Shown: positions 11,337-24,014, counted from the first letter of the stretch. The stretch: DNA of 63,629 bases from Octopus bimaculoides (GCF_001194135.2 NC_068998.1:35966827-36030455), one strand, 5' to 3'. Notes: generated by a model not told the origin, from the letters alone. Made by a program: numbers and translations.

Positions 11337-13164
11337 TGTTGGATCTTGTTCAAAACGGGGGCACCAGTATTTTATTAACGAAACACTTTGACACTTGGGA
11401 CACTGGTAGAATGTGTCATATAAAACATCTTTTTCTCTTAGTCTTCTTAACAAAAAAACGTACATCGCAAGTTATTTCATGTTAAAGTTGTCGTATTTCT
11501 GTAATTTCAACCAATGACTGACGTCCATTCAGCCGGATATTATTAAGCGCTGACTATGTAAACAAACGATGGCTGAAGTATATTGGCAGTAGGGTTAGGG
11601 TTAGGCAGTAGCTAATAAACCTTTCATACAGTTCAGGCAGATGTTAACGAAATAAACACGCGTGAAAGAAAATGAAAAAAAGCAAATGTTGTACACATAC
11701 AGTTCAGGCAGATGTTAACGAAATTATAAATGGAGATTAAATACGCTTTACACCGCTTAAACTTCCAAAGGAGCAAGTGTAAACAGCTGAATACTTGTCA
11801 GGGATTGGTTGAAATTATCGAAATAAGACAATTTTTTACATGAAATAAATTCGAATACAAAAATTTTTTTCTGTTCTATAACACAAAATAGATNNNNNNN
11901 NNNNNNNNNNNNNNNNNNNNNNNNNNNNNNNNNNNNNNNNNNNNNNNNNNNNNNNNNNNNNNNNNNNNNNNNNNNNNNNNNNNNNNNNNNNNNNNNNNNN
12001 NNNNNNNNNNNNNNNNNNNNNNNNNNNNNNNNNNNNNNNNNNNNNNNNNNNNNNNNNNNNNNNNNNNNNNNNNNNNNNNNNNNNNNNNNNNNNNNNNNNN
12101 NNNNNNNNNNNNNNNNNNNNNNNNNNNNNNNNNNNNNNNNNNNNNNNNNNNNNNNNNNNNNNNNNNNNNNNNNNNNNNNNNNNNNNNNNNNNNNNNNNNN
12201 NNNNNNNNNNNNNNNNNNNNNNNNNNNNNNNNNNNNNNNNNNNNNNNNNNNNNNNNNNNNNNNNNNNNNNNNNNNNNNNNNNNNNNNNNNNNNNNNNNNN
12301 NNNNNNNNNNNNNNNNNNNNNNNNNNNNNNNNNNNNNNNNNNNNNNNNNNNNNNNNNNNNNNNNNNNNNNNNNNNNNNNNNNNNNNNNNNNNNNNNNNNN
12401 NNNNNNNNNNNNNNNNNNNNNNNNNNNNNNNNNNNNNNNNNNNNNNNNNNNNNNNNNNNNNNNNNNNNNNNNNNNNNNNNNNNNNNNNNNNNNNNNNNNN
12501 NNNNNNNNNNNNNNNNNNNNNNNNNNNNNNNNNNNNNNNNNNNNNNNNNNNNNNNNNNNNNNNNNNNNNNNNNNNNNNNNNNNNNNNNNNNNNNNNNNNN
12601 NNNNNNNNNNNNNNNNNNNNNNNNNNNNNNNNNNNNNNNNNNNNNNNNNNNATATTTGTTGACATATATGAAATGAACAAATATTGACAAGTATGAACAA
12701 GTAGATATTACGTAAGCGCTAATCTACCATTACTGTGCAAACAAACCACATGTTTAAAACGCAGGGCTTTTTCTATAGAATGGACACGCACACATACACG
12801 AATACAAAGGCGTATATTTATTTATCATGAAAAATTCTGGTCTAAGGTCTGCACAATAGAGGCTATTATATTTCATATAATTCTTGGGAAGTAAAAAGTT
12901 AATAATTTTAAAAACCAGGTGTCACATTAAATAGTTTCATTACCTCCTTAATTTACTTACACAGCACCTACTCATTCACACACGAGCGCGCGCACGCACA
13001 TACACACATATGCAAAAAAAAAAAAAAACACACGCACGCATAGCTCAGTGGTAAAGAAATTTTCTTCTCAACTCTTAAACCGCGTGTTTGATTCCATGGC
13101 CTGACATATTCGGCAATACACACACACACACATATATATATATATATGTGTGTGTATGTGTGTG

Positions 13165-13198
<34 letters not shown>

Positions 13199-13202
13199 CA
13201 TA

Positions 13203-13250
13203 CTAGCAGAGATACCCGGCGCTGCTCGAGATTAAAATGGCATAGTTTTT
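13203..13250 (-). mobile_element. Isolated Helitron 3' terminus
   Basis: - strand ctcgagcagcgccggg-tatctctg-CTAG|T, the same end motif as at 305-332 and 34807. Confidence 0.7.
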
Positions 13251-13389
13251 TACTGTTTTAATTCTTTCGATCATTTGACTATAGACATGCTGGAGTACCA
13301 CCTTTACTTGAAGAAATCGACCCCAGGATTTATTTTTTGTAAACCTAGTACTTATGCCATCGGAGTGTTTTGTCAAATTGAGGAAAATC

Positions 13390-13830
13390 AGTCTCCCAGA
13401 CACAAAACCTGTGCATCAATGGTCTCACTACTTCTCCTGTCCCACACAAAGAATGCTGCCAGTACCTTGGCATTGATAAAATATATCATACCAAGGTACT
13501 GTGAATAAAGATAGTGACCCATGAATATAACACCAGACTAAGAAAAATATCGCAGTCCGAACTCTCCTCTTATAAGACAATATCCCACAATGCGTTTACA
13601 GTGCTAGTGCTGATTCCAGTTTGTGATACCTGACTAGTCTGTAGAAAAAATCCATCCCATAAACATTAAAGCCCGCAAGATTCTGACACCAACTGGGGGC
13701 TTGAGATCAATGCAGACGAACCTCGACTGTCGCATAATCTTTCTCAGATATTGATCTCGTTATCTACATTCCAAAGATGTAGCTTTGTATCTTTGTTAGA
13801 AACTAATCCCTTCTTCAGAAGAATAATTTA
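13390..13830 (+). mobile_element. R4/Dong-like non-LTR retrotransposon RT C-terminal remnant
   Basis: LCINGLTTSPVPHKECCQYLGIDK...HEYNTRLRKISQSELSSYKTISHNAFTVLVL...IHPINIKARKILTPTGG...SDID, resembling the YKYLGI / KEY.RR.RKI / TRK.LT..G..H..SD.DRLY pattern. Confidence 0.6.
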
Positions 13831-13966
13831 AACGATTAGATACAGAAGAGACATACATACATACATACATACATACATACATACATACATACATACATAC
13901 ATACATACCTACATACATACACACACACATACATACATACATATATTTACCATAGTGTCACTACTG

Positions 13967-14307
13967 CAATGGTTCACAACCATTTCTTTTTATCTATGGG
14001 CCCCTTTGATTCCAATATTCTCTGGTGGATCCCCATAATCATTCGATTCTTATAAAACTAGCTTTACAGACACTTCTTTCACTATCCTATTTGACTTTTA
14101 CACACATTAACCTGTCTAGGTTGAACAATAGAACGTTAGAGATGGAAATTTTGTTGTTTCTTGTAATAAATACATCTAAAGCAAGTGTTTTCCATTGACC
14201 CTTAATATACTACTGTGGGTCCCAAATTTACTACTTTGCTTGAATGGAACTTCAAGAATTTTATATAGACCACCAGGGTTCATAGGGACCCCGGTTTAGA
14301 ACCATTG
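13967..14307. mobile_element. hAT (Charlie-like) MITE, 341 bp
   Basis: TIRs caatggttcacaacc and ggtttagaaccattg. 8-bp flanks cactactg and ctctacag match at 6/8. Confidence 0.75.
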
Positions 14308-14575
14308 CTCTACAGGATCAGGGTGATTCGGGCCCTGTGAGTAAAGCTGAGCGGATGGAAACTGTGAAGAGAGCCCGCTGGATGGATTGAAAGCGTAATT
14401 CGAAGATCCATCCATGTCACATTGTGCCACGCTGGTTCTTCTTGAGAATTACGTCAAAGAAATACGTGTGTGTTGGAATACGCGGCCACTTTTCATGCTA
14501 ATTCAATAATTAAATGAAATAATTCTGTTGATCGAATAACTGGATGCTTATATATAGAAATTGTCTGGAAAATTC

Positions 14576-14576
<1 letters not shown>

Positions 14577-14662
<86 letters not shown>
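14577..14662. repeat. Long (GT)n microsatellite, one of dozens of (CA)n, (TA)n, (TACA)n and (GA)n tracts
   Basis: Direct inspection. Similar tracts include 13853-13940, 14973-15050, 46751-46890 and 63270-63440. Confidence 0.95.
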
Positions 14663-14663
<1 letters not shown>

Positions 14664-14677
14664 ATGTGTTGTGTGTG

Positions 14678-14972
14678 TGACTGTGTGGTAAGAAGCTTAA
14701 TTCCCAACCATACGATTCCGTGTTCAACCCCACTGCGTGTGTGTGTGTGTGTGTGTATGTGTGAGTATCTGTCTGTCTGTTTTTGTTCCCCCATCACCAA
14801 TTGACAACAGTTGTTGTGTTTAAGTCCCCATATCCAGCGGTTCGACAAAAGAGGCCGATATGATAAGTACTAAGCTTAAGAAAATAAGTCCTGGTGTTGA
14901 TTCGTTCAATTAAAACTATTCAAGGCGGTGCTCCAGCATGGCTGCTGTCAAAATACTGAAACAAGTAAAAGA
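14678..14972 (+). mobile_element. tRNA-derived SINE family A, internally deleted
   Basis: Head ctgtgtggtaagaagctt...gttcaacccc and tail ...ctccagcatggc...aaacaagtaaaagag. Confidence 0.8.
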
Positions 14973-15055
<83 letters not shown>

Positions 15056-15270
15056 GAAAGGATTCCGTCCATCAACATGTGACTAAAAGCAGACTGACAC
15101 ATTGCTATAAAACAAAGAACTATCAGTAGTTCATGGTAAGCAGCTCACTGTGAGCCGTTGGCAGAGAGCATTTAACCTCGTGTAACAATAATCGTAGTGC
15201 GTCGTATGAATACTTTTTTCCCCCTGCTTCGTTAAATTATTTATCCAACTCCAGGATATAAAATATATAT

Positions 15271-16060
15271 ACAGGGTGGGAAAGCAAAACTTGCAAAATT
15301 GCTGTAACATTTGAAACTCTTTCATTGCGCATCAATAGGTTAAGCAATTCAAAATTAGGTTAATGACATTCACATATATTTACAAAACGAATAATTTATC
15401 CTATATGGCTTCCATTGTTTGCAATTACAGCCTCCACACTGCCCCGGAACCCCGCACAACTCTTCACTACGAAGTCGTTGGACATCCTGGCCTACTCCTC
15501 AGAGTGTTGATGCTGAGATGGGAGGTTTTATTGGTAGCATGCTCCAAAACGCCCCACACAGCATAGTTCAGAAGGTTGAGATCTGGGCTGGAAGAAGGCC
15601 AGAAGTCCTCAGGCAGGGCAGAAAGCCGCAAAGTTAGATTTGTAGAAATTTTGGACTTTCTTGGCAGTATGGCTGGAAGCACCATCCTAGGTCCACACAT
15701 AGTTGATCTCAGGGTAGTTGGCCTTGAGCCATTGCAAGGCATGGTACCACAGCGTCTTGTAGTAGGTGTCAGCACTCGCCTTTTCTCTGGCCTTGTAGCA
15801 GATTTGCATCTTTCTTCAGTCGGAAGCCACAACATCGAAGGCCACGACCTGGGATGGATGTTTTGTTCTGAAAGTGCCCCTGATATCAGCTGTTGAATTC
15901 GCAATGTACCAGTCGTTTCTGTGGTTCACAATGGCATCCACTGAGAAGATCTCGCCAGAGAAAGTTTTCACAATGGACTTGTTCTTCTTGAGGTGTGAGA
16001 ACCTTTCTGCACCTCTCCAGTCTCCTGGCCTTCATAGGTTCTGTCAGCAGGTGTCTTGGT
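15271..16060 (-). mobile_element. Tc1/mariner DD37D (maT-like) transposon remnant
   Basis: TIR tacagggtgggaaagcaaaac at about 15269. Frameshifted VDAIVNHRNDWYIA...TKHPSQV...YVWTQDGASSHTAKKVQ...FWPSSSPDLNLLNYAVWG; the third catalytic Asp is changed to Asn. Confidence 0.85.
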
Positions 16061-16364
16061 ATCCTGGTGAAAGACTTGGTGAAAGTCGATGTAATCGACT
16101 TAGCCTCTCCCCTGAAATTGCTTGCCTTGTGCCAAAATTAGAAACCTATATTAGCAATGTCTCATCCAAAGTCTTACAACTTAGAATTAATTCTAAGTGA
16201 TTGGGTACCATCTATGATGTTTTCTGGCCAAGTATCTGCCAGTCTCCTACGAAACTAATTCTGACGACTTCAGATTTTCAACTAATCGTTTTGTTGTTAA
16301 AAATAGCTCAAAAGAGCTGCAGGCCGATGTTGTTGACTGATCACAACATAAAAAATGTGTCTTT

Positions 16365-16735
16365 TATCATTCAGTTGTTTCAGTCATTGGACTATGGCCA
16401 TGCTGGGGCATCACCTTGAAGGGTTTAGTCGAACAAATCCACCCCATTACTTATTTTGCCTTTAAGTCTGGTACTCATACTTATTCTATCAATCTCTTTT
16501 GCCAAACCGCTAAGTTATGGAGGCGTAAACCAACCAACATCGGTTTCCAAGCAGAGATGGGAGATACGCACGCGCATATTCTACAAGCTTCCTCATTTCC
16601 CAACTCCTAAATTCACTCACAAGGTATTGGCCTACCCAGGGCTAGAGTAGAAGGCATTTTCCATAGTGCTGCACAGCGGATGTGAACCCGAAACCACATG
16701 GTTGCAAAGCGAGCTTCTTCACCATATATTCATGC
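16365..16735 (-). mobile_element. tRNA-derived SINE family A, near full length
   Basis: Colinear with the reverse complement of 53063-53451. Confidence 0.8.
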
Positions 16736-17966
16736 CTGAAAATATTCAAACTGATCCTGAGAGTTTTTACTTCTACCAAATAAACTATACAATAGTAGGA
16801 GAGAACACATTACTTCCTACAACACATCACTAGCAGAGTCCACAACACATCACTAGCTGAGTCCATGTCTCGCATTTTTTCAATCTTTCATCCCCTAAAC
16901 TGTCACATTATGATTGCTTTTGCACCCTCCATACACGTACTAATGAAAAAGTAACCTTTTTCACATTGAACCAGGCATGATTTTAATCAACGTTTTCTAT
17001 AACAGTAGAGACTACGTTTGTCAAAAAGTCTGTAATTGCTAGTGGTTACACGGTACTGGTGACGCTCAAAAAGCAGAAATATAGATTTAGTAATTCCACT
17101 GTTGTTGTTGTTGGGCAATTTCGTCTGCTACTGTTACTTGTGCTTCCCAGCACTATATGTCTATATGAAGAGCTTTCTTGCGATGAATACTGCAGTTTTG
17201 TGGCTTTTTACAATATCAACATGTTAAGTAAGATATACAAAATGCTATTTTGAACTAATGCTGCTTCTATCGCTAATAACGAATTTTTAACCAGCCTGCT
17301 ATTATTTACGACACCAGTGTTTTGTCACTCAATGTTTTCTACATAAGTAGAAGCTAAATTTGTCTAAGCATGTGGTTGCTAGTGGATATTTCTTATTGGT
17401 GACACTCAACGAAGTAGAAATCTTCACTTGGCCATTCTACTCCTGGATGCTTTGCGTTTGCTACTGATATTCATGTACTTTATAACACTATACGTCTAAA
17501 TGAGATCCTTTCTCAGACTAATTCTTCAGTTTTGTAGCTTTCTACAGTATATCTACGTTAAAAAAGGCATACTGAAAGGTATTTTAATATGATATTTTAG
17601 TAATACATTAAGTTTTGTTTCCTAAACACATTTTGAACCAGTTTTGTTGACCATACTTCCTAAATAAAGATCTTGTTTGCTACAACACTTTTTATTTGCC
17701 ACTTGAAGTATATCTCTTGGCATTCCGCAGTCATAGAATAGCATCTTACATTCATCCGCAGCTAAGAGCATTTATATATTCCCACATTTGCACGACCTAT
17801 TTCTCTTGGTATTCATTATGATTCAACACTCAAGATAAAATATTTCTTGTGAACGCAGTCATCCGTATCTGTAAAAAGCATCATCGTCATCATCATCGTC
17901 ACGTTTTCTCCCCAAATCATTTCTATATCAACAGTCATAACGCAACAGCGCTACCATCCTCTAAAG

Positions 17967-18242
17967 CAGGGGTTTTCAAACTTTTTGACTTGCGGACCCC
18001 TTTATATTTCAGGCTTTACCCTTATAAACGCTTATGAAATTTATACATAAATATTTGCTTAAAATAGCATATATTTTTACATTTATTTATTTAACAAATA
18101 GGTTTATTGTCAATTAAAAGATTTCGATTAAAAACCATATATAAAATCAAATTGCCCATAAAAAGTATTTGCTGTCCACAGACCCCCTGTCTTGTCCTTG
18201 CGGACCCCCTGTGATCCGCGGACCACAGTTTGAAAACCCCTG
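17967..18242. mobile_element. hAT (Charlie-like) MITE, 276 bp
   Basis: Perfect 16-bp TIRs CAGGGGTTTTCAAACT and AGTTTGAAAACCCCTG. 8-bp flanks ctctaaag and tgctaaaa match at 5/8. Confidence 0.85.
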
Positions 18243-18509
18243 TGCTAAAAAGCAGTACTGTACATGATAATTGTAATCGAATGTCTACATCATGTAAGTG
18301 GTGTCCTTTGTTTCCGCTATTCCATGAAATGTCTGGTCATGGGGAAATATTACCTTACTTGGAAATAGGCGAGGGTTGGCAACAGGAAGGACATCCAGTT
18401 GCAGAATATGCATATAAACAAAATTCCATCTGACCCATGCAGGTATGGAAAAGTGGACGTTAATATGATGATAAATACATATAAATACATATATATATAG
18501 AGAGATTTA

Positions 18510-18564
<55 letters not shown>

Positions 18565-19146
18565 NNNNNNNNNNNNNNNNNNNNNNNNNNNNNNNNNNNN
18601 NNNNNNNNNNNNNNNNNNNNNNNNNNNNNNNNNNNNNNNNNNNNNNNNNNNNNNNNNNNNNNNNNNNNNNNNNNNNNNNNNNNNNNNNNNNNNNNNNNNN
18701 NNNNNNNNNNNNNNNNNNNNNNNNNNNNNNNNNNNNNNNNNNNNNNNNNNNNNNNNNNNNNNNNNNNNNNNNNNNNNNNNNNNNNNNNNNNNNNNNNNNN
18801 NNNNNNNNNNNNNNNNNNNNNNNNNNNNNNNNNNNNNNNNNNNNNNNNNNNNNNNNNNNNNNNNNNNNNNNNNNNNNNNNNNNNNNNNNNNNNNNNNNNN
18901 NNNNNNNNNNNNNNNNNNNNNNNNNNNNNNNNNNNNNNNNNNNNNNNNNNNNNNNNNNNNNNNNNNNNNNNNNNNNNNNNNNNNNNNNNNNNNNNNNNNN
19001 NNNNNNNNNNNNNNNNNNNNNNNNNNNNNNNNNNNNNNNNNNNNNNNNNNNNNNNNNNNNNNNNNNNNNNNNNNNNNNNNNNNNNNNNNNNNNNNNTATA
19101 TATATTTATTTATATTTATTTATATTTATTTATACACGCACGCACT

Positions 19147-19210
<64 letters not shown>

Positions 19211-19369
19211 CGACGAGCTTCTTTCAGTTTCCGTCTACCAAAAGTACACCCACAAGTCTTTGGTCTGCCCGAATCTATAGTAGACGACATTTGCCTTAGG
19301 GCAGTGGGACAGAACTCGGAGCCATATTGGTAGGCAAGTTACTTACACAAAGCCACTTCTAAATATATA

Positions 19370-19575
19370 TTCTTTTATTCTTCTTTTGTTTCTCTAATTT
19401 GACTGCAGCCTTTAGTCGAGCAAATCGACCTCAGGACTTATATTTTGTAAGCCTAGTACATATTCTATCGGTCACTTTTGCTGAACCGGTAAGTTACGGG
19501 GAAGTAAACACACCAGTATCAGCTGTCAAGCGATATTGGGGAACAAAAACAGGCACACAAACATATATACACACA

Positions 19576-19610
<35 letters not shown>

Positions 19611-19765
19611 GACAGGTTTCTTTTAGTTTCCATCTACCAAATTCACTCACAAGGATTTGGTCGGTCCGAGGCTATAGTAGAAGACACTAGTCCAATGTGC
19701 CACACAATAGTACTGAACCTGGAACCATGTTGTTGGTAAGTAGGCTACTTAACACTCCTGCACCT
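19370..19765 (-). mobile_element. tRNA-derived SINE family A, full length; an extra 5' half lies at about 19205-19340
   Basis: Colinear with family A, with an internal (TACA)n tract. Confidence 0.85.
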
Positions 19766-20429
19766 ATATCTACATATATATGTGTGTGTGTGTGTGTTTG
19801 TGTATATATATATANNNNNNNNNNNNNNNNNNNNNNNNNNNNNNNNNNNNNNNNNNNNNNNNNNNNNNNNNNNNNNNNNNNNNNNNNNNNNNNNNNNNNN
19901 NNNNNNNNNNNNNNCTATGCTCTTTGACAGAAAGGAACACAGAAATAAGCAGGGAGAGAAAATAGTAAAAGGTTTAGTGGCTAGCGATCTGTTATGGTGA
20001 ATGCCACACAGAGGGCTCACACAGGAGAGCTAGGAAGAAGGGGAGATCAATGAGAAAGGGGAAGAAAAAGAGAAGAGAAGACAAAAGGGAAAAAGAAAGG
20101 GAGGGAGAGAGAGGCAAGGTAACAAGAATGGATTGAGAGAAATGACAATAGGAAAAATTAGAAAGTACAAATAAGTTTAGAAAAGTTCAAAAGGTTCAAA
20201 CATTGTAGTATATTGGAGCAATTTCTCATCAAAGGAAGAGTCCAGGGTAATCCATTGGTAGGAGAGGTGTAGCCGAAGTGTAGGAGTTCATGTGTAGGAG
20301 AGTAGAAGAGAATCCAGGTAGAATAGTCCAAGAAAAGTTCAAAGTGGAGGTGGAGACAAGATAAAACTGGTGTGACCATACATATATATCTATACACACA
20401 CATACATACATATATATACACACACACAC

Positions 20430-20482
<53 letters not shown>

Positions 20483-21688
20483 TATATATATATATGTATA
20501 TGGCTCGTCCTCCTAGCGTTCATAATAATTTTTCTATTGTCTTGACTCAACAGCCCTCACCGTTTGTTTTTACTGTCTTGTTCTCACTGTCCTGTTCTTG
20601 TTACCACTTTCACCCGCCGCAAAAAATCCCAAATTTTATTTAATTTGCTTTGCGGGAAGGACTGTTTCAGCGGAGTTGCGTATTGTCCTTATCTTTGAAA
20701 TGCGGAGTAGATGAAACAGGGACAACTGACAAAGGGGTATACTCTTTATGTTGCATGTCTCGTTTCTCTGTTTTTTCGTTGTTTGAAAAAAGTTTGTTTC
20801 CTATGTTTTCGTTTTTGTTTCTCATTGTGTTTAACATTTTTTGATATCCTGTACCCATATATGCATGCATATATACATATATATGTAGGTATGTACATAT
20901 ATGTATGTATATATGCATATATTTATATTATTATATGTATGTGTATATATATATACAAACATATATATTGTTTGTATCTGTGTGTGTGTGTGTGAATCTT
21001 TTGTTTGTGTTTGTCCCACCACCACCACCCTACAACTTGTGTTTCTCCCACCACCGCCACCCTACAACTTGTGTTGGTTTGTTTACACTCCTCTAACTTG
21101 GCAGTAGAATACCAGACTTTAAAGTAAATAAGTACTGAGGTTGATTTGTTCAATTAAAACCTCGAAGATGGTACCCCACTATGGCCATTGTCCAGCGACT
21201 AAAAAGGTTAAAAATAAAGAATAAATATCGTATGAAAGAATATTCTTAAGATTTTGGTAAACATTTGATGATGAAGAATGATTTCATGGATGGAATGCTT
21301 GTGTTTGATGTTTGTTTTGTAACCACCTGGTCTGGTAGGGTTGATCCAGGGTATAACACGATGGCCAAATGTCTCATACATAATTTCATATTAACCAATA
21401 CTTTGTGAAAGAAATTTCGTTTAGAGTTGATGATTCCTCAAGCAGAAATAGAATTTATTGTTATCTGAGGAACTAACAATACATCAGTGAAACACCAGAG
21501 TAACCTGTTATTGGGTCAGTTTCAATAAACTATAAGATATTATATCCCAATGTCGCATGCAATGTGCAGTGCTTGTATGTGTGTATTGCATATGTGCACA
21601 AATATTGAAATTCTACATTTCTACTTGTCTCTGATCTAATTGGTGTTGTTGTTACGTTCCTTGTTGATGTTTTGACTGGTCACTTTAA

Positions 21689-21891
21689 CCTTTCAGCATT
21701 TAAACTGGCCATATCCAACCATAATATTCTATTTGTTTTATGTTCAAACTGGCAAAATACAGTCTCTTATACCTATGCTACTATGTCATACTAAAAGTAA
21801 ACAATCTCATAATTGAAATCTTAAAATTACAAGTTAATGCATGTCTAATTCAAAACAACATAAATAAATAAACTAATCTGAATGCTAGAGG
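21689..21891 (+). mobile_element. piggyBac-like MITE
   Basis: TTAA on both sides (21685-21688 and 21892-21895). TIRs cctttcagcatt and aatgctagagg. Same family as 28865-29085, 42281-42721 and a 3' piece at about 25830-25970. Confidence 0.75.
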
Positions 21892-21895
21892 TTAA

Positions 21896-22095
21896 GGTGA
21901 TGAGCTGGCAGAATCATTAGCACACCAGGCAAAATGGTTAGTGATATTTTGTCTGTCTTTACATTCTGAGGTCAAATTCTGCCAAGGTCAACTTTACCTT
22001 TCGTTCTTTTGGGGTCGATAAAATATGTACCAGTTGAACACTGGAGTTGATGTAATCGACTTACCTCTCCGCCAAAATTACTGACCTTGTGCTGT
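21896..22095 (+). mobile_element. Second SINE family (family B) copy
   Basis: gagctggcagaatc...tcaaattctgccaaggtcaactttaccttt...ggggtcgataaaat...gatgtaatcgactt. An inverted copy lies at 54673-54890 and a tail fragment at about 16085-16155. Confidence 0.75.
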
Positions 22096-22624
22096 GCTTT
22101 TGAAGATCTGTAAATTAAAAAAAGACCCTTACTGAAAGTTTGGTGACAGGGAGAGCAACCTTTCGTACAATACTGGTTTAAGTAATTCTCCTTCCAACCT
22201 GTACAAGCATGGAAAAACAGACATTAAACAAAAGAATGTATGTGTGGCCACACCTGTTTAAACTGACACTGATATAAATCTAAAGCCAGGTGTTGTTGTT
22301 GTTGTGATCCTCTGTGAATGTTAAAAGTAATTATGAAATAGTTATTTGAACAACTACAGTTCAAAAAGCTAACTTGCCCTCTTGAACTTGATTATCTTTT
22401 TTTTTTTTTTGTAAATGTTAGTAAGTTATTACTTTTGTTAAACTCTATCATTATTAATGTTTTTTTTAGCATATATATTTTATTTATATACCTACTTATT
22501 TGATTACAAAAAATTCCTGTATATGGTTTGTTCAACCTACTAGAAATATATATATCATACCCTGCCACCATCTTTAAAGAGAGTGAATGACTTGTAAGAT
22601 AATGAAGTCTTAGGTACAGTATAT

Positions 22625-22860
22625 CTTCATCATTCTTCATCATCATTATCATTATTTCTACATTTGCTTTTCTTTGCTTATATGGGGCAGGTGGATCCTT
22701 TCCAACACACCGTCTCACCATTTGTTGCAGTCCTTTATCATCTCTTTTGTGAAATTCAGTATTCTGAGATTGGCTTTCACTACCGCTGCCAATATTTTCT
22801 TGGTCTTCCTTTTCTACAGTTTCCTTCAACACAATAATAGGGTGGTCACTACTGCAATAC
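22625..22860 (-). mobile_element. RTE LINE 3' end remnant
   Basis: Frameshifted VEGNCRKGRPRKYW...VVKANLRILNFTKEMIKDCNKW, followed by an (ATG)n-like tail. Confidence 0.7.
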
Positions 22861-23324
22861 CTTTGATTATATATAATAAGTCTGCTTGATCAAAGCTGAC
22901 CTGGGGCTATACAACAACAATCAAGGATTAAGTAAAAGGAAAGCATTGTATGTAAATATATTTACTGACCTTGTAAAATCTAGTGTTAAGTGTTTCATGT
23001 GATGCTTATATAATAATCTTATATCAAAATATACACCTAAGTATATATTTAACCAACTAGAATAAATGATTGTGTTAGCACTCAAATGTTTAGATTTGGG
23101 GTTATCTAATATTTTCTTTATTACGGTTGGAGGAGATTCTAGTAACTGACAGCCAATAACACAAGTATTTAAAGTTTGCATTAATTGTATTTATAAACAA
23201 ATGTCATTGCTTGCATGATGGTTACATTTGTTTACAACTATTATATAATAGTTCATATGAAATCAAGACAAGGAGACAAACACACACACACACACACACA
23301 CACATACTTAACTACATATATGTA

Positions 23325-23690
23325 TGTGTAGCTGTGAGGTAAGAAGCTTCCTTCTCAACCATATGGTTCTGGGTTCAGACCACTGTGTAGCACATTGAGC
23401 AAGTGTCTTCTATTGAAGCCTTGTGAGTGAATTTGGTCAACAGAAACTGAAAGAAGCTCGTTGTATGTGTGTGTGTCTTTGTGCCTGTGTTTGCCTCCCA
23501 CAACCACTTGACAACTGGTGTTGGTGTGTTTATGTCCCTATAACTTAGCAGTTCAGCAAAAGAAACCAATAGAATAAGTACCAGGCTTGAAAAAAAATAA
23601 AACTGGGGTCGATTCATTTGACTAAAAAATTTTCAATGTGGTGCCTCAGCATGGCCAGTCTAATGACTGAAACAAGTAAAAGATAAAAGA
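23325..23690 (+). mobile_element. tRNA-derived SINE family A, full length, followed by an inverted 5' half at about 23695-23862
   Basis: Head gctgtgaggtaagaag...gggttcagacc and tail gaaacaagtaaaagataaaag. Confidence 0.85.
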
Positions 23691-24014
23691 TATGACAAGC
23701 TTCTTTCAGCTAGTTTACATCTACCAGATCCATTCAAATGGCTTTGGTCAGCTTGAGACTCTGGTAGAAGGTACTTGCTGAAGGTGTCATAGTCTGGGAC
23801 TGAACCTGAGACCATATGGTGCAGGGAACAAACTTCTTACTTCACAGCCCACACCTGTGCCTGTTATAGTCATTTGTAAATGAGCAATAATTCTCCTCCA
23901 CCTTGGACATGATATTAGTCTTTCATGGGTAATCTTCCCAGAAAATAAAAACAGGATGCCTACCTATTCCTCTCAGTTGGATGAAATGGTGTTATATATA
24001 TAACCATCTTATTC

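Noticed and set aside
13700-13850. - strand NRLNYSSEEGISF resembling the Gypsy gag at 7890-8093
   Set aside because: The + strand gives a longer, ordered match to an R4/Dong-like RT, so the gag resemblance is coincidental.
12968-14848. HTHT, CVCV and YIYI-type ORFs here and throughout the window
   Set aside because: These are translations of (CA)n, (GT)n and (TA)n microsatellites and SINE interiors.
22392-22832. 146-aa - strand ORF that looks like a plausible protein
   Set aside because: Other frames give the RTE C-terminal GRPRK.W motif and tail, so it is an off-frame reading of a LINE 3' end.
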